DNA of 50,763 nucleotides from Clostridia bacterium (GTDB lineage: Bacteria; Bacillota; Clostridia; Oscillospirales; CAG-272), in the NCBI GenBank assembly GCA_017463405.1, contig JAFTPJ010000150.1:1-50763 (forward strand). Reading direction: 5' to 3'. This document shows, piece by piece, positions 17,643 through 26,000 of the stretch (positions within the stretch are counted from its first letter, which is position 1; every line of letters begins with the position of its first letter). The notes under the pieces are model-generated. The model saw nothing but the letters and a program-made list of their open reading frames with translations, had not been told where the DNA came from and ran no database searches. The translations under genes were made by a program, and so were the position numbers.

Positions 17643-19013
17643 ATGATGAACAAAGAAATTCCTTACAAAATTTATCTGGAAGAGAGCGAAATGCCGCGCG
17701 ATTGGTATAACGTCCGCGCGGATATGACAAAAAAGCCCGCTCCGCTGCTCGATCCCACAACGGGCAAGCCGATCACCGCGGAGGCTTTGGGCAAGGTGTT
17801 CTGTGAGGAGCTGGTCAAGCAGGAGCTGGATGATAACAATCGCTATATTCCAATCCCACAGGAGATTATCGATTTCTATAAGATGTACCGTCCCGCGCCG
17901 CTGGTGCGCGCTTACTGTCTGGAGAAAAAGCTCGGCACGCCCGCGCATATCTACTATAAGTTTGAGGGTAACAACACCAGTGGAAGCCACAAGCTCAACT
18001 CCGCAATTGCGCAGGCGTACTATGCCAAGCAGCAGGGACTCAAGGGTGTGACCACCGAGACCGGTGCGGGTCAGTGGGGAACCGCGCTTTCCATGGCGTG
18101 CTCCTATTTTGATCTGGATTGCAAGGTGTTCATGGTCAAATGCTCCTACGAGCAAAAGCCCTTCCGCCGAGAGGTCATGCGTACCTACGGCGCGGACGTG
18201 ACGCCTTCGCCCTCCACCACAACGGCGGTTGGACGTCAGATTCTTGCCGAGTTCCCGGGAACGTCGGGAAGTCTTGGCTGTGCGATCTCCGAGGCGGTTG
18301 AGGCGGCGACCTCGCGTGAAGGATACCGCTACGTGCTGGGAAGTGTGCTCTCTCAGGTTATGCTGCATCAGTCCGTGATCGGTATGGAGACCAAGGCGGC
18401 GCTGGACAAGTACGGTGTCAAGGCAGACATCGTCATCGGCTGTGCCGGCGGCGGATCCAACCTTGGCGGCTTGATCGCACCGTTCATGGGCGAGAAGCTG
18501 CGCGGCGAGGCGGATTATCACTTCATCGCGGTCGAGCCTGCAAGCTGCCCGTCTTTGACGCGCGGAAAGTACGTTTACGATTACTGCGACACGGGTCGCG
18601 TTTGTCCCTTGGCGAAGATGTACACGCTGGGCAGTGCGTTCATTCCTGCGGCAACGCACGCGGGTGGCTTGCGCTATCACGGCATGAGCTCGACGCTCTC
18701 CGAGCTGTACGATCAGGGGCTGATGGAGGCGCGCAGCGTCAAGCAGACCGAGGTCTTTGCGGCGGCGGAATATTTCGCACGCATCGAGGGTATTTTGCCC
18801 GCACCCGAAAGCTCGCACGCGATCAAGGTTGCGATCGACGAGGCGATCAAGTGCCGCGAGACAGGGGAGTCGAAGAACATCGTGTTCGGTCTGACCGGTA
18901 CGGGTTACTTCGATATGATGTCGTATGAGAAATTCCACGACGGCAGAATGACCGATTACGAGCCGACCGACGAGGAGCTGGCGAAGGGCCTTTCCAAGCT
19001 GCCGAAGGTTTGA
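17643..19013 (+). CDS. trpB2: TrpB2-type tryptophan synthase beta chain
   Basis: WYN, YYKFEG..TSGSHKLNSA, TTETGAGQWG, GGGSNLGG, HAGGLRYHG, PAPESSHA; about 455 aa as in TrpB2. Confidence 0.92.
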   Translation: MMNKEIPYKIYLEESEMPRDWYNVRADMTKKPAPLLDPTTGKPITAEALGKVFCEELVKQELDDNNRYIPIPQEIIDFYKMYRPAPLVRAYCLEKKLGTPAHIYYKFEGNNTSGSHKLNSAIAQAYYAKQQGLKGVTTETGAGQWGTALSMACSYFDLDCKVFMVKCSYEQKPFRREVMRTYGADVTPSPSTTTAVGRQILAEFPGTSGSLGCAISEAVEAATSREGYRYVLGSVLSQVMLHQSVIGMETKAALDKYGVKADIVIGCAGGGSNLGGLIAPFMGEKLRGEADYHFIAVEPASCPSLTRGKYVYDYCDTGRVCPLAKMYTLGSAFIPAATHAGGLRYHGMSSTLSELYDQGLMEARSVKQTEVFAAAEYFARIEGILPAPESSHAIKVAIDEAIKCRETGESKNIVFGLTGTGYFDMMSYEKFHDGRMTDYEPTDEELAKGLSKLPKV

Positions 19014-19032
19014 TTGGATGATGGATAATTAT

Positions 19033-19154
19033 GGGAAGAGGGGGACTTCTTAAGGAGAAGTCCCCCTCTCCCCATACCCCTCACCCTTCAAGACCTTTCA
19101 AAAAGGACACGCCCGACGGATGGACATCTGAACAATGTCCACCCGTCGGGCATG
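19033..19154. repeat. REP-like double-hairpin intergenic element
   Basis: GAGGGGGACTTCT-TAAGG-AGAAGTCCCCCTC hairpin, a C-rich tail, then GCCCGACGGATGGACAT/ATGTCCACCCGTCGGGC hairpin. Confidence 0.55.
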
Positions 19155-19187
19155 TGCGCTTCACGGAAGCGCATTTTGTGAGTGGTG

Positions 19188-20960
19188 TTATAAGCCGTAA
19201 TAGCTTGCCAATTGATTGATATCCTCTTGTGTAAGGGCTGCGTCGAAGACCATGAATTCATCCAAGGAAGCAAACAGGCGAATACTGTCGTTTCCTGCGC
19301 CGTCATTGGCGACGTTCATATGTCCGAACGCATCCAGTGATGCATTTTGGAGGGCTTCGGGGATTTTTGTAACGGAAAATTCACCGAAGTCAATCGAAGT
19401 ACGCACCTCATTTGCCTCGCGATCCACTACGATGACGATATGCATCCATCCTTCTTCATAATCGGACGGAAGCGGTGTTACGGCGTCGAGCTTGGTGGTG
19501 CCGTCACAGAAGCTGAAACGGATATCGTGGCTGGTTCTGATCGCCATGGCGTATCCGATATTATCCGAGGATTCCCAGTCCTTATTGGAAAAAATCGCGG
19601 GATCTGCGATGACTCCGCCGAGCTTGATCCAGAAAGCTACGCTGAAGCTGTCGGTGCCGGGCTTGTGATCTTCGACCGTGACGTAGCCCTCTCCGTTGAT
19701 GACAGCAGCCTGTCCGAAGTAGCCGTCCTCATAAGAGATTGTTTCGTGCTGTGTCGTTTGTGCGTTTCCACTGATATCGTCTGTCGAATTGTCGAAGGGA
19801 AGATATACGTACAAGGGCTTATCGATAAAGTCGGTGATATAGCTTCCGCTATCCGGAGTCGGAGTAGGGGTAGATGCTTGTGTTCGGTGAGGTGTGATTT
19901 CTCCGTAAACGGGACGCTCCGCGGCGGTAACACCTTCAAACAGTCCAGACGGAACGCGCGCGGTCCAGGTTTCGGGGCACTCCAAGCCAAGTGCGTACAG
20001 CACGATAGCGGCGGTATCGCGGATCTCCATTTCACCGATTGTGCCGGGGACTACCGTTTTTCCGCAAGCCGCGAACATGATATACTTTTCTTCGTCAGTC
20101 ATGCCGCCGTGATCGGTTCCGATGCCACCGTGATCGGCAGTGACGATAAATAGTGTGTCCTCCAGAAATCCGCGCTCGGCATATGCGTCGTAAATTTTTC
20201 CGATGTATTCGTCGGTGCGGTTGATGCGCTTGAGATGCTGTGCGCCGCCGTAGCCGCTTTCGTGTCCGACGGCGTCAACCATGTTGTACTGTACGAACAG
20301 GAGAGTAGGATCGTTTTGCATGATGAAATTGCATGCCTGTGTAGTTGTGTCTATATCCGACAGTCCACTAACCTTATGAACGTCGATTGCATTTTCGATA
20401 ATGGAGTTGTTGATCGGTGCCCATCCGCTGAAGGATGCCAACGTTGCGTTCTGATCCGCCTTGCGAATGACGCGGAATATGCTGGGATATTTTGAAGCGC
20501 CGGAATAGGGCGTTGTTGTAGCATTGGTCACCCGATGCTTGACGGGTGTTACGCCGTGCAAGAGCGAGCCCCAGCACTGTGCGCTGATCGAGGGATTTGC
20601 GGTCAAAGCCTCATAGGTTACCGCTCCGTTTGTGAAGATTTCATCAAGCCGTGGTGTATCCGCGTCCTTGAAAAATGCGCCGCCGCCGTCTACGCCGATG
20701 ATGACGACACGCTGATAAGGTCCGTTGAGCGGGGAGGGGAGATCCTCCGGATCATCGATCGAGCTGGTGTTGCTTTCTGTGGGACTTGCCTCGGTGGTGT
20801 TGTTACTTGAATCGGATTCCGTGGTGCTGTCTTCCGTGGACGAATCGGTGGACTCTGTCGGGTTCTCCGATTGATTTTCGGGAGAGCAGGCGGTGAAAAA
20901 GAGAATGCTTAACATTCCGAATATTAAAAAATAAGATAAGAATTTGATTCCTTTTTTCAT
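19188..20960 (-). CDS. lipoprotein: alkaline-phosphatase/nucleotide-pyrophosphatase domain plus LamG-like C-domain
   Basis: Lipobox FTAC, Ser/Thr/Glu linker, IIGVDG, PSISAQ, VDAVGH, VTADHGG; C-terminal FSVAFWIK..WMHIVIV..LDEF. Confidence 0.8.
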   Translation of the reverse strand: MKKGIKFLSYFLIFGMLSILFFTACSPENQSENPTESTDSSTEDSTTESDSSNNTTEASPTESNTSSIDDPEDLPSPLNGPYQRVVIIGVDGGGAFFKDADTPRLDEIFTNGAVTYEALTANPSISAQCWGSLLHGVTPVKHRVTNATTTPYSGASKYPSIFRVIRKADQNATLASFSGWAPINNSIIENAIDVHKVSGLSDIDTTTQACNFIMQNDPTLLFVQYNMVDAVGHESGYGGAQHLKRINRTDEYIGKIYDAYAERGFLEDTLFIVTADHGGIGTDHGGMTDEEKYIMFAACGKTVVPGTIGEMEIRDTAAIVLYALGLECPETWTARVPSGLFEGVTAAERPVYGEITPHRTQASTPTPTPDSGSYITDFIDKPLYVYLPFDNSTDDISGNAQTTQHETISYEDGYFGQAAVINGEGYVTVEDHKPGTDSFSVAFWIKLGGVIADPAIFSNKDWESSDNIGYAMAIRTSHDIRFSFCDGTTKLDAVTPLPSDYEEGWMHIVIVVDREANEVRTSIDFGEFSVTKIPEALQNASLDAFGHMNVANDGAGNDSIRLFASLDEFMVFDAALTQEDINQLASYYGL

Positions 20961-21042
20961 TTGCGTATCCTTTCTGCTATTGTAATGATATTCCAATTAT
21001 AGCATAGCACTGTTTTTTTGTCAACCCGTTTTCAAATTATAA

Positions 21043-21076
21043 AACGCCCAAACGAATTTGACTTCGTTTGAGCGTT
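21043..21076 (-). terminator. terminator after spoIIIAH
   Basis: AACGCCCAAACGAA/TTCGTTTGAGCGTT hairpin. Confidence 0.6.
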
Positions 21077-21081
21077 AAATT

Positions 21082-21687
21082 TTACTTTTTGATGATGGTA
21101 ACACCCGTGGGCGCGATGCCTGCCTGTTCGTAAACGATGGCATTGATTTGCGCGATCTGTGCGACCTGAAGATCATCCGCGCTGACCACGATGCTTGCGG
21201 TGTCGCCGTTGAGGACTGCCACGCACTGTTCAAAGCCCTTTGCGGTGATCAGGGACTCGATGTTCGCCTCCAGCTGAATTTCCTCCGCGATTGCCGCGAT
21301 GCTTGCAAGCGCCTCGGTCTTCATCGCCTCGGTGGAATCCACGTTGTCAACGACCGCCTGCAATACCTCCAGCGCCTCGTCTCTCGCTCTCTGGCGGCTG
21401 ACCTGCGTTGCGGAGAAGTAGGTGCTGTTGCTGTCGAGGTCGGCGTTGTCATTGCTCTGATCGTTGTTCAGATTATCGGAGATGTTGCCGCTGGGTTGAT
21501 CGTAGCCGTCGTAGCCGCCCGTGTTATCGGTTCCCGAAAAGAGGATAAAGTTGAGCCAGACGGCGGCACCGATCAGAATCACGGCACAGGCGATAATGGC
21601 GTTTCGTTTTCCGATCTTTTCAAGGATCGCGACAAATTTGTTTGTGGGCTGCTTTACTTCTGTCAATTCGGTAGATTGCTTTTTCAT
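21082..21687 (-). CDS. spoIIIAH: SpoIIIAH-like sporulation engulfment protein
   Basis: N-terminal TM (ILIGAAVWLN), YF......R...R.E..E.L, E.NIE.LI.AKGF..CV, AQI..IV; AGGAGG RBS. Confidence 0.85.
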   Translation of the reverse strand: MKKQSTELTEVKQPTNKFVAILEKIGKRNAIIACAVILIGAAVWLNFILFSGTDNTGGYDGYDQPSGNISDNLNNDQSNDNADLDSNSTYFSATQVSRQRARDEALEVLQAVVDNVDSTEAMKTEALASIAAIAEEIQLEANIESLITAKGFEQCVAVLNGDTASIVVSADDLQVAQIAQINAIVYEQAGIAPTGVTIIKK

Positions 21688-21717
21688 GAGTATGCTCCTC
21701 CTGTTTTTCTGTGCTAC

Positions 21718-21746
21718 AACTTATGCCGCAGAATGACAGGATATGC
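21718..21746 (-). promoter_or_regulatory. sigma-E-like promoter for spoIIIAH
   Basis: Minus strand GCATATC, 14-bp spacer, CATAAGTT, matching the sigma-E pattern. Confidence 0.6.
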
Positions 21747-21779
21747 AAGCCAAGTGTAATTTGCCAAAAATATTTTTGA

Positions 21780-22091
21780 TCAATATTCGGTTCGGCGGAT
21801 GATTTCCTCCTGCAGGGCGGGGGAGAGCCGCACGAAGTAGTCGCTGTAGCCGCCGATGCGAACCAGCAGATCCTTGTGTGAATCGGGGTCGGTGCGCGCC
21901 TCGCACAGCGTATCCCGATCGACGACGTTGACCTGCAATTCAATCCCACCGCGGCGGATGAAGGCGCGCAAAAGACCGATGAGGATGTCGTCCTTGCCTC
22001 TTTTTAAGAAATCGGAAGCAAATTTGATGTTGACCACCATTCCGCCGAGGAATGCGTGCTCATCCCATGAGGTCATGGAGTTGATCATTGC
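21780..22091 (-). pseudogene. C-terminal glycyl-radical domain of a PFL-family enzyme (5'-truncated, or a GrcA-like mini ORF from ATG 22088)
   Basis: GGMVVNIKF, ELQVNVVD..TL..A..DP....DLLVRIGGYSDYF..L....Q.EII.RT. Confidence 0.8.
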
Positions 22092-22283
22092 CTCGGCATG
22101 GGAGTCCACGAATATCTGACACGCTATCGCACGGTGCAGGCGTCCTATCTTTTGAAGCAGCATAGCGTTACCGAGGTGAGTTATCTGTGCGGCTTTTGCG
22201 ACAGCTCGCATTTTATCGCCGTGTTCAAGGGCTATTACGGGATCACGCCGGCGGAATATCAAAAAACGCTTTTTGACAAATAG
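22092..22283 (+). pseudogene. C-terminal HTH fragment of an AraC regulator
   Basis: LGMGVHEYL..YR..QA..LL...SVTEVSYLCGFCDSSHFIAVFK..YG.TP.EY; no N-terminal domain. Confidence 0.75.
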
Positions 22284-22328
22284 AAAGCAGGGGAGACAAA
22301 TGGGAATGCATTTGTTCTCCCCGCTTTG
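22284..22328. terminator. terminator hairpin
   Basis: AAAGCAGGGGAGACAAATG/CATTTGTTCTCCCCGCTTT. Confidence 0.6.
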
Positions 22329-22341
22329 CATAATCAAGCGT

Positions 22342-22587
22342 TTAATTCAGCAACTGTTCAATTGTAACGTTCAATGCCATGCAAAGAATTTTCAATTCAA
22401 TATCGGTTACAAACCGTTGACCGCTTTCAATGCGTTGAATTGCATTTTTATCAACGTCCATTCCCAAAAGCTGTAGTTGCTCGGCAAGTGCGCGTTGCGA
22501 CATTTTGGGAATCATAGCTTTTCGTAGGGCATATATGTTTTTTCCACAAATATTGTTTTTTCCGTCTTTCGTTTTTAGTTTAAACAT
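22342..22587 (-). CDS. XRE-family HTH transcriptional regulator
   Basis: NICG..I..LR, MSQRALAEQL, IQRIESGQR.VTD.EL. Confidence 0.85.
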   Translation of the reverse strand: MFKLKTKDGKNNICGKNIYALRKAMIPKMSQRALAEQLQLLGMDVDKNAIQRIESGQRFVTDIELKILCMALNVTIEQLLN

Positions 22588-22601
22588 AGAAAATCCCCTT
22601 T

Positions 22602-22675
22602 TTGACATTCAGTGCTTGATTTTTTATTTATTATATGTTATAATGGCACTGTAAATGACATTCACTAAATGTCAA
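22602..22675. promoter_or_regulatory. divergent promoter region with a putative operator
   Basis: TTGATT-17-TG.TATAAT (22616-22644); inverted repeat TGACATT-N5-AATGTCA (22656-22674) and an extra TGACATT half-site at 22602. Confidence 0.5.
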
Positions 22676-22706
22676 ATCAACAAAAAGAAAGGGAGAACAA
22701 AGAAAA

Positions 22707-24287
22707 ATGAAAAAAAAGTGGAGATGGTTTTTGGGAAGCGTTTTGATATTTGTTTGCGCAATGATGCTTTTCTCATGTAGCGAAGAAGAACATGTGTGCA
22801 CGCCAAATGAATCTTGGGTTACTGTCACGTCTGCGAGCTGCAGTAGCACCGGAATGAGAGTGAGACGCTGTATCAAATGCAGGATTGTGATGGAAGAGGA
22901 GATTATTCCCGAAACGGAACATACTCCCGGCGAGTGGATGATGATTTCGGATTCCGATTGTACGCAGGAGGGATTGATGGAGGCTCACTGCCAAAATTGT
23001 AATGCGATTGTTGCAAGTGAAGTTGTTCCGAAGAAAGCACATCAGCTGAGCGATTGGCAGATCAAAACCGAAGCAACTTGTGTAGAAGAGGGGATTCTAT
23101 ATCAGGAATGCTTGACTTGCCATGAATATACAGAGGAAAAAAACTATCTTGGTGAACATCATGTAATTACAGTTCCTGCGCTTCAAGCAACTTGCTTGGA
23201 GGACGGATATACCGCAATGAAATATTGTGATGTTTGTTCAATTGTACTTGCAGAACAAAAGCCGGTTGAAGCAAAAGGACACAGTTGGGTGATCGATAAG
23301 GCTGTTTTGTCTACCTGTGCGGCATACGGATATACAGAGGGTGAGCACTGCTCGTCGTGCGCGTTTGTTAAGGTGGCACAAGTCAAGCTCGATAAAGAAG
23401 AGCACGTGGTTGTAGCGGATGCTGCCGTAGAGCCGACCTGTGATACTGTGGGATATACGGAAGGAAGTCATTGTAAAATTTGCAACGAAGCGATAATTAA
23501 ACAGAAAACTGTTTCTGCTCTCGGACATGATTACAGTAAGCTGACGAATACCTGCTCTAAATGCTCGGGAAAGGAATATCCTGAGTATTGGTCGTTGGAG
23601 GAATTGGTAAATGCTTCGGATAGCGATGAAAATAAAGGGGCTGTGATATATTTTGATTATTTAGCACTTAACCCATCTTTAAGCTATACAATAACTATAG
23701 AGAAAGATTGCCCCTATATTCGTTTGGTCGGTAACATTAATTCAACCTATAATAATGTTCGGTTTGTAACTGAAGAACGTACCACCGATCTGAAAATTGA
23801 TTTGGTAAATATGAATTTAATACCTTCTATCCAAAATGATCATTTGTTTAAGATCAATTCTACTGCAACAGTACATTTTGGATTTTACGGAGATTATTGC
23901 TTCATAGAAGGAATGAACGGCAGTAAAGGTGATAACAGGACTTTGGGTACAGCAGGAAATGGTAGTGCCGGAAAGTCAGCAATCGATGCGGAAAAGGCAA
24001 CTGTTAAAATAACGATTGGCACAGAACATACCTATATTGTCGGTGGCGACGGCGGTAACGGTGGAAAAGGAAGCATGGGCGCCAGCGGCGGAAACGGTGG
24101 AAATGGCGGTGTGGCAATTTATGCAAATAAAATAGAAGTTTGTTTTGAGGAAGGTTATTCTGCATCTAACTTAACAATATTGGGTGGTGAAGGAGGAGAA
24201 AAAGGAAAAGCTTCAGTATGGCCGGGTGATGACGGCAAAAAAGGAAGCTCTGCCGAACCCACAAACGTCCCGATTATATACGAATAA
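22707..24287 (+). CDS. surface lipoprotein with tandem His/Cys repeats and a Gly-rich C-terminus
   Basis: Lipobox LFSC; six ~40-aa H..C...G.....CxxC repeats; GGDGGNGG/GGNGGNGG tail; AT-richer than the flanks. Confidence 0.75.
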   Translation: MKKKWRWFLGSVLIFVCAMMLFSCSEEEHVCTPNESWVTVTSASCSSTGMRVRRCIKCRIVMEEEIIPETEHTPGEWMMISDSDCTQEGLMEAHCQNCNAIVASEVVPKKAHQLSDWQIKTEATCVEEGILYQECLTCHEYTEEKNYLGEHHVITVPALQATCLEDGYTAMKYCDVCSIVLAEQKPVEAKGHSWVIDKAVLSTCAAYGYTEGEHCSSCAFVKVAQVKLDKEEHVVVADAAVEPTCDTVGYTEGSHCKICNEAIIKQKTVSALGHDYSKLTNTCSKCSGKEYPEYWSLEELVNASDSDENKGAVIYFDYLALNPSLSYTITIEKDCPYIRLVGNINSTYNNVRFVTEERTTDLKIDLVNMNLIPSIQNDHLFKINSTATVHFGFYGDYCFIEGMNGSKGDNRTLGTAGNGSAGKSAIDAEKATVKITIGTEHTYIVGGDGGNGGKGSMGASGGNGGNGGVAIYANKIEVCFEEGYSASNLTILGGEGGEKGKASVWPGDDGKKGSSAEPTNVPIIYE

Positions 24288-24302
24288 ATCAATTGCATAT
24301 AA

Positions 24303-24338
24303 AAAGAGATCAGTCCAATCAAGGGGCTGATCTCTGTT
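24303..24338. terminator. bidirectional terminator
   Basis: AGAGATCAGTCC/GGGCTGATCTCT hairpin between convergent genes. Confidence 0.6.
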
Positions 24339-24350
24339 TATAGTCAAAAT

Positions 24351-25982
24351 TTATTTCCCAATTCGCTCCATGACGCCGTTTTTCTTGCCGAAATAGTCGT
24401 GGAGCGTTTTGTATTCTTGATAGAGCGGTTGATATGCCGCCACATTTTCCGCAATGGGGTGATACACCTTGACGGGGGGCTTGGACATTTTTTCTGCCGC
24501 CGTTTGAATGTCGGGGTAGATTCCCGCTGCGATTGATGCGTAGATGGCGCTTCCGAGTGCACCCGCCTGGGTGGTTGCCGCGATCTGAATGTCGCAGTCC
24601 AGCACGTCGGCGTAGATCTGCATCATCATTTCGTCCTTTTGCGCAATGCCGCCCGCCGCGCAAAGCGTACCGACGGTAATGCCGTGGGAAGCAAATTGCT
24701 CAACGATCCGTTTCAAGCCGAATGCCGTTGCCTCGATCAGGGCGCGGTAAATTTCCTCGGGCTTTGTGGAGAGCGTCATGCCGAGGATCATTCCCGTCAG
24801 CTTGGAGTTGACCAGTATGCTTCGGTTGCCGCTCCACCAGTCGAGTGCGACCAGTCCACTCTCACCCGGGGTGAGCTTTTGCGCCTTTTCGCGCAGCAGC
24901 TTGTGAATACTGATGCCGCGCGCATTCGCCTCCGTCGTGTAGGTGGCGGGCACGCAATTTTTGACGAACCAATCGAAAATATCGCCTACGCCGGCTTGTC
25001 CCGCCTCGTAGGTGTAAAGCGAGGGGATGACGCTGTTCTTGACGTAGCCGCAGATTCCGTCGACCTGCTTTGCCGTATCGGCGTTGAGAATCAGGCAGGA
25101 CGAGGTGCCGACAATCAGCATCACATCCCCCGCACGTGTTACGTTTAACGCGGGCATAGCGGCGTGTGCGTCGATGATCGGAATCGCCATGGGTGTGCCG
25201 ATTTTCAACCCGGTGAGCTCCGCACCGCGGGCGTTGACGGTTCCCGCAATCTGCCCGATCCCCATTACCTTTGTCGAGATTTTCGTCCCGACGATACCGT
25301 CAAGGCGTGGGTCAAGTGCAGTCATGAAATCGTTGGAGGGATACCCCGTTTGCTCGTCCCATAGCCCCTTAAAGCCCGCAAAGGTGACGCTGTGCGTTTC
25401 CTCGCCTGTCAAGAAACGGGAGAGCCAATCTGCCGCCTCGATAAAACGGTCGGCTGCACGGTATATTTCGGGGGCGTGGCGGAGGGTTTCCAGAATTTTC
25501 GGGAGCATCCATTCGCACGAAATCTTACCGCCGTAGATCGAAAGCCACGATTCGCCGCGTTTGGCGGCAAGCGCGTTGATCTCGTCTGCCTCGGGCTGTG
25601 CGGCATGGTGCTTCCACAGCTTGACGTAGGCATGCTTTTCGTTCCGATATGCTTCAAGAAAACAGAGCGGTGTGTTGCTCTTGTCCACGGGGAGGAGGGT
25701 ACAGGCGGTGAAATCCATCCCCAAGCCTGCGATTTGGTCGGGGGTGACGCCTGCCTTTTGCATCGCATCGCGGATCGTGACGCGCAAAACGTCAAGATAA
25801 TCCTGCGGATGCTGGAGCGCGTACGATGACGGGAGACGCTCACCCGAGGGGAGCTGCTCGTCCATCACGGCGTGCGGATAGGGGAGTACGGACTCTGCGA
25901 TTTCCGTACCCGTGGTCGTATCCACAACCACGCATCTGCCGGAGAGCGTTCCGTAGTCGATTCCGATTACATATGTTTTCAT
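24351..25982 (-). CDS. araB: ribulokinase (FGGY kinase)
   Basis: IGIDYGTLSGR, ALQHPQDY, DFTACT, HAYVKLWKHHAAQ, IDAH, YEAGQ..VGD, LDWWSGNRS. Confidence 0.9.
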   Translation of the reverse strand: MKTYVIGIDYGTLSGRCVVVDTTTGTEIAESVLPYPHAVMDEQLPSGERLPSSYALQHPQDYLDVLRVTIRDAMQKAGVTPDQIAGLGMDFTACTLLPVDKSNTPLCFLEAYRNEKHAYVKLWKHHAAQPEADEINALAAKRGESWLSIYGGKISCEWMLPKILETLRHAPEIYRAADRFIEAADWLSRFLTGEETHSVTFAGFKGLWDEQTGYPSNDFMTALDPRLDGIVGTKISTKVMGIGQIAGTVNARGAELTGLKIGTPMAIPIIDAHAAMPALNVTRAGDVMLIVGTSSCLILNADTAKQVDGICGYVKNSVIPSLYTYEAGQAGVGDIFDWFVKNCVPATYTTEANARGISIHKLLREKAQKLTPGESGLVALDWWSGNRSILVNSKLTGMILGMTLSTKPEEIYRALIEATAFGLKRIVEQFASHGITVGTLCAAGGIAQKDEMMMQIYADVLDCDIQIAATTQAGALGSAIYASIAAGIYPDIQTAAEKMSKPPVKVYHPIAENVAAYQPLYQEYKTLHDYFGKKNGVMERIGK

Positions 25983-26000
25983 GCCGGTTTCCTTTTCTGA

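Noticed and set aside
23108-23123. CLTCH, a c-type heme-binding-like motif
   Set aside because: Only one of the repeats has His after CxxC, so it is part of the Cys/His repeat rather than a cytochrome
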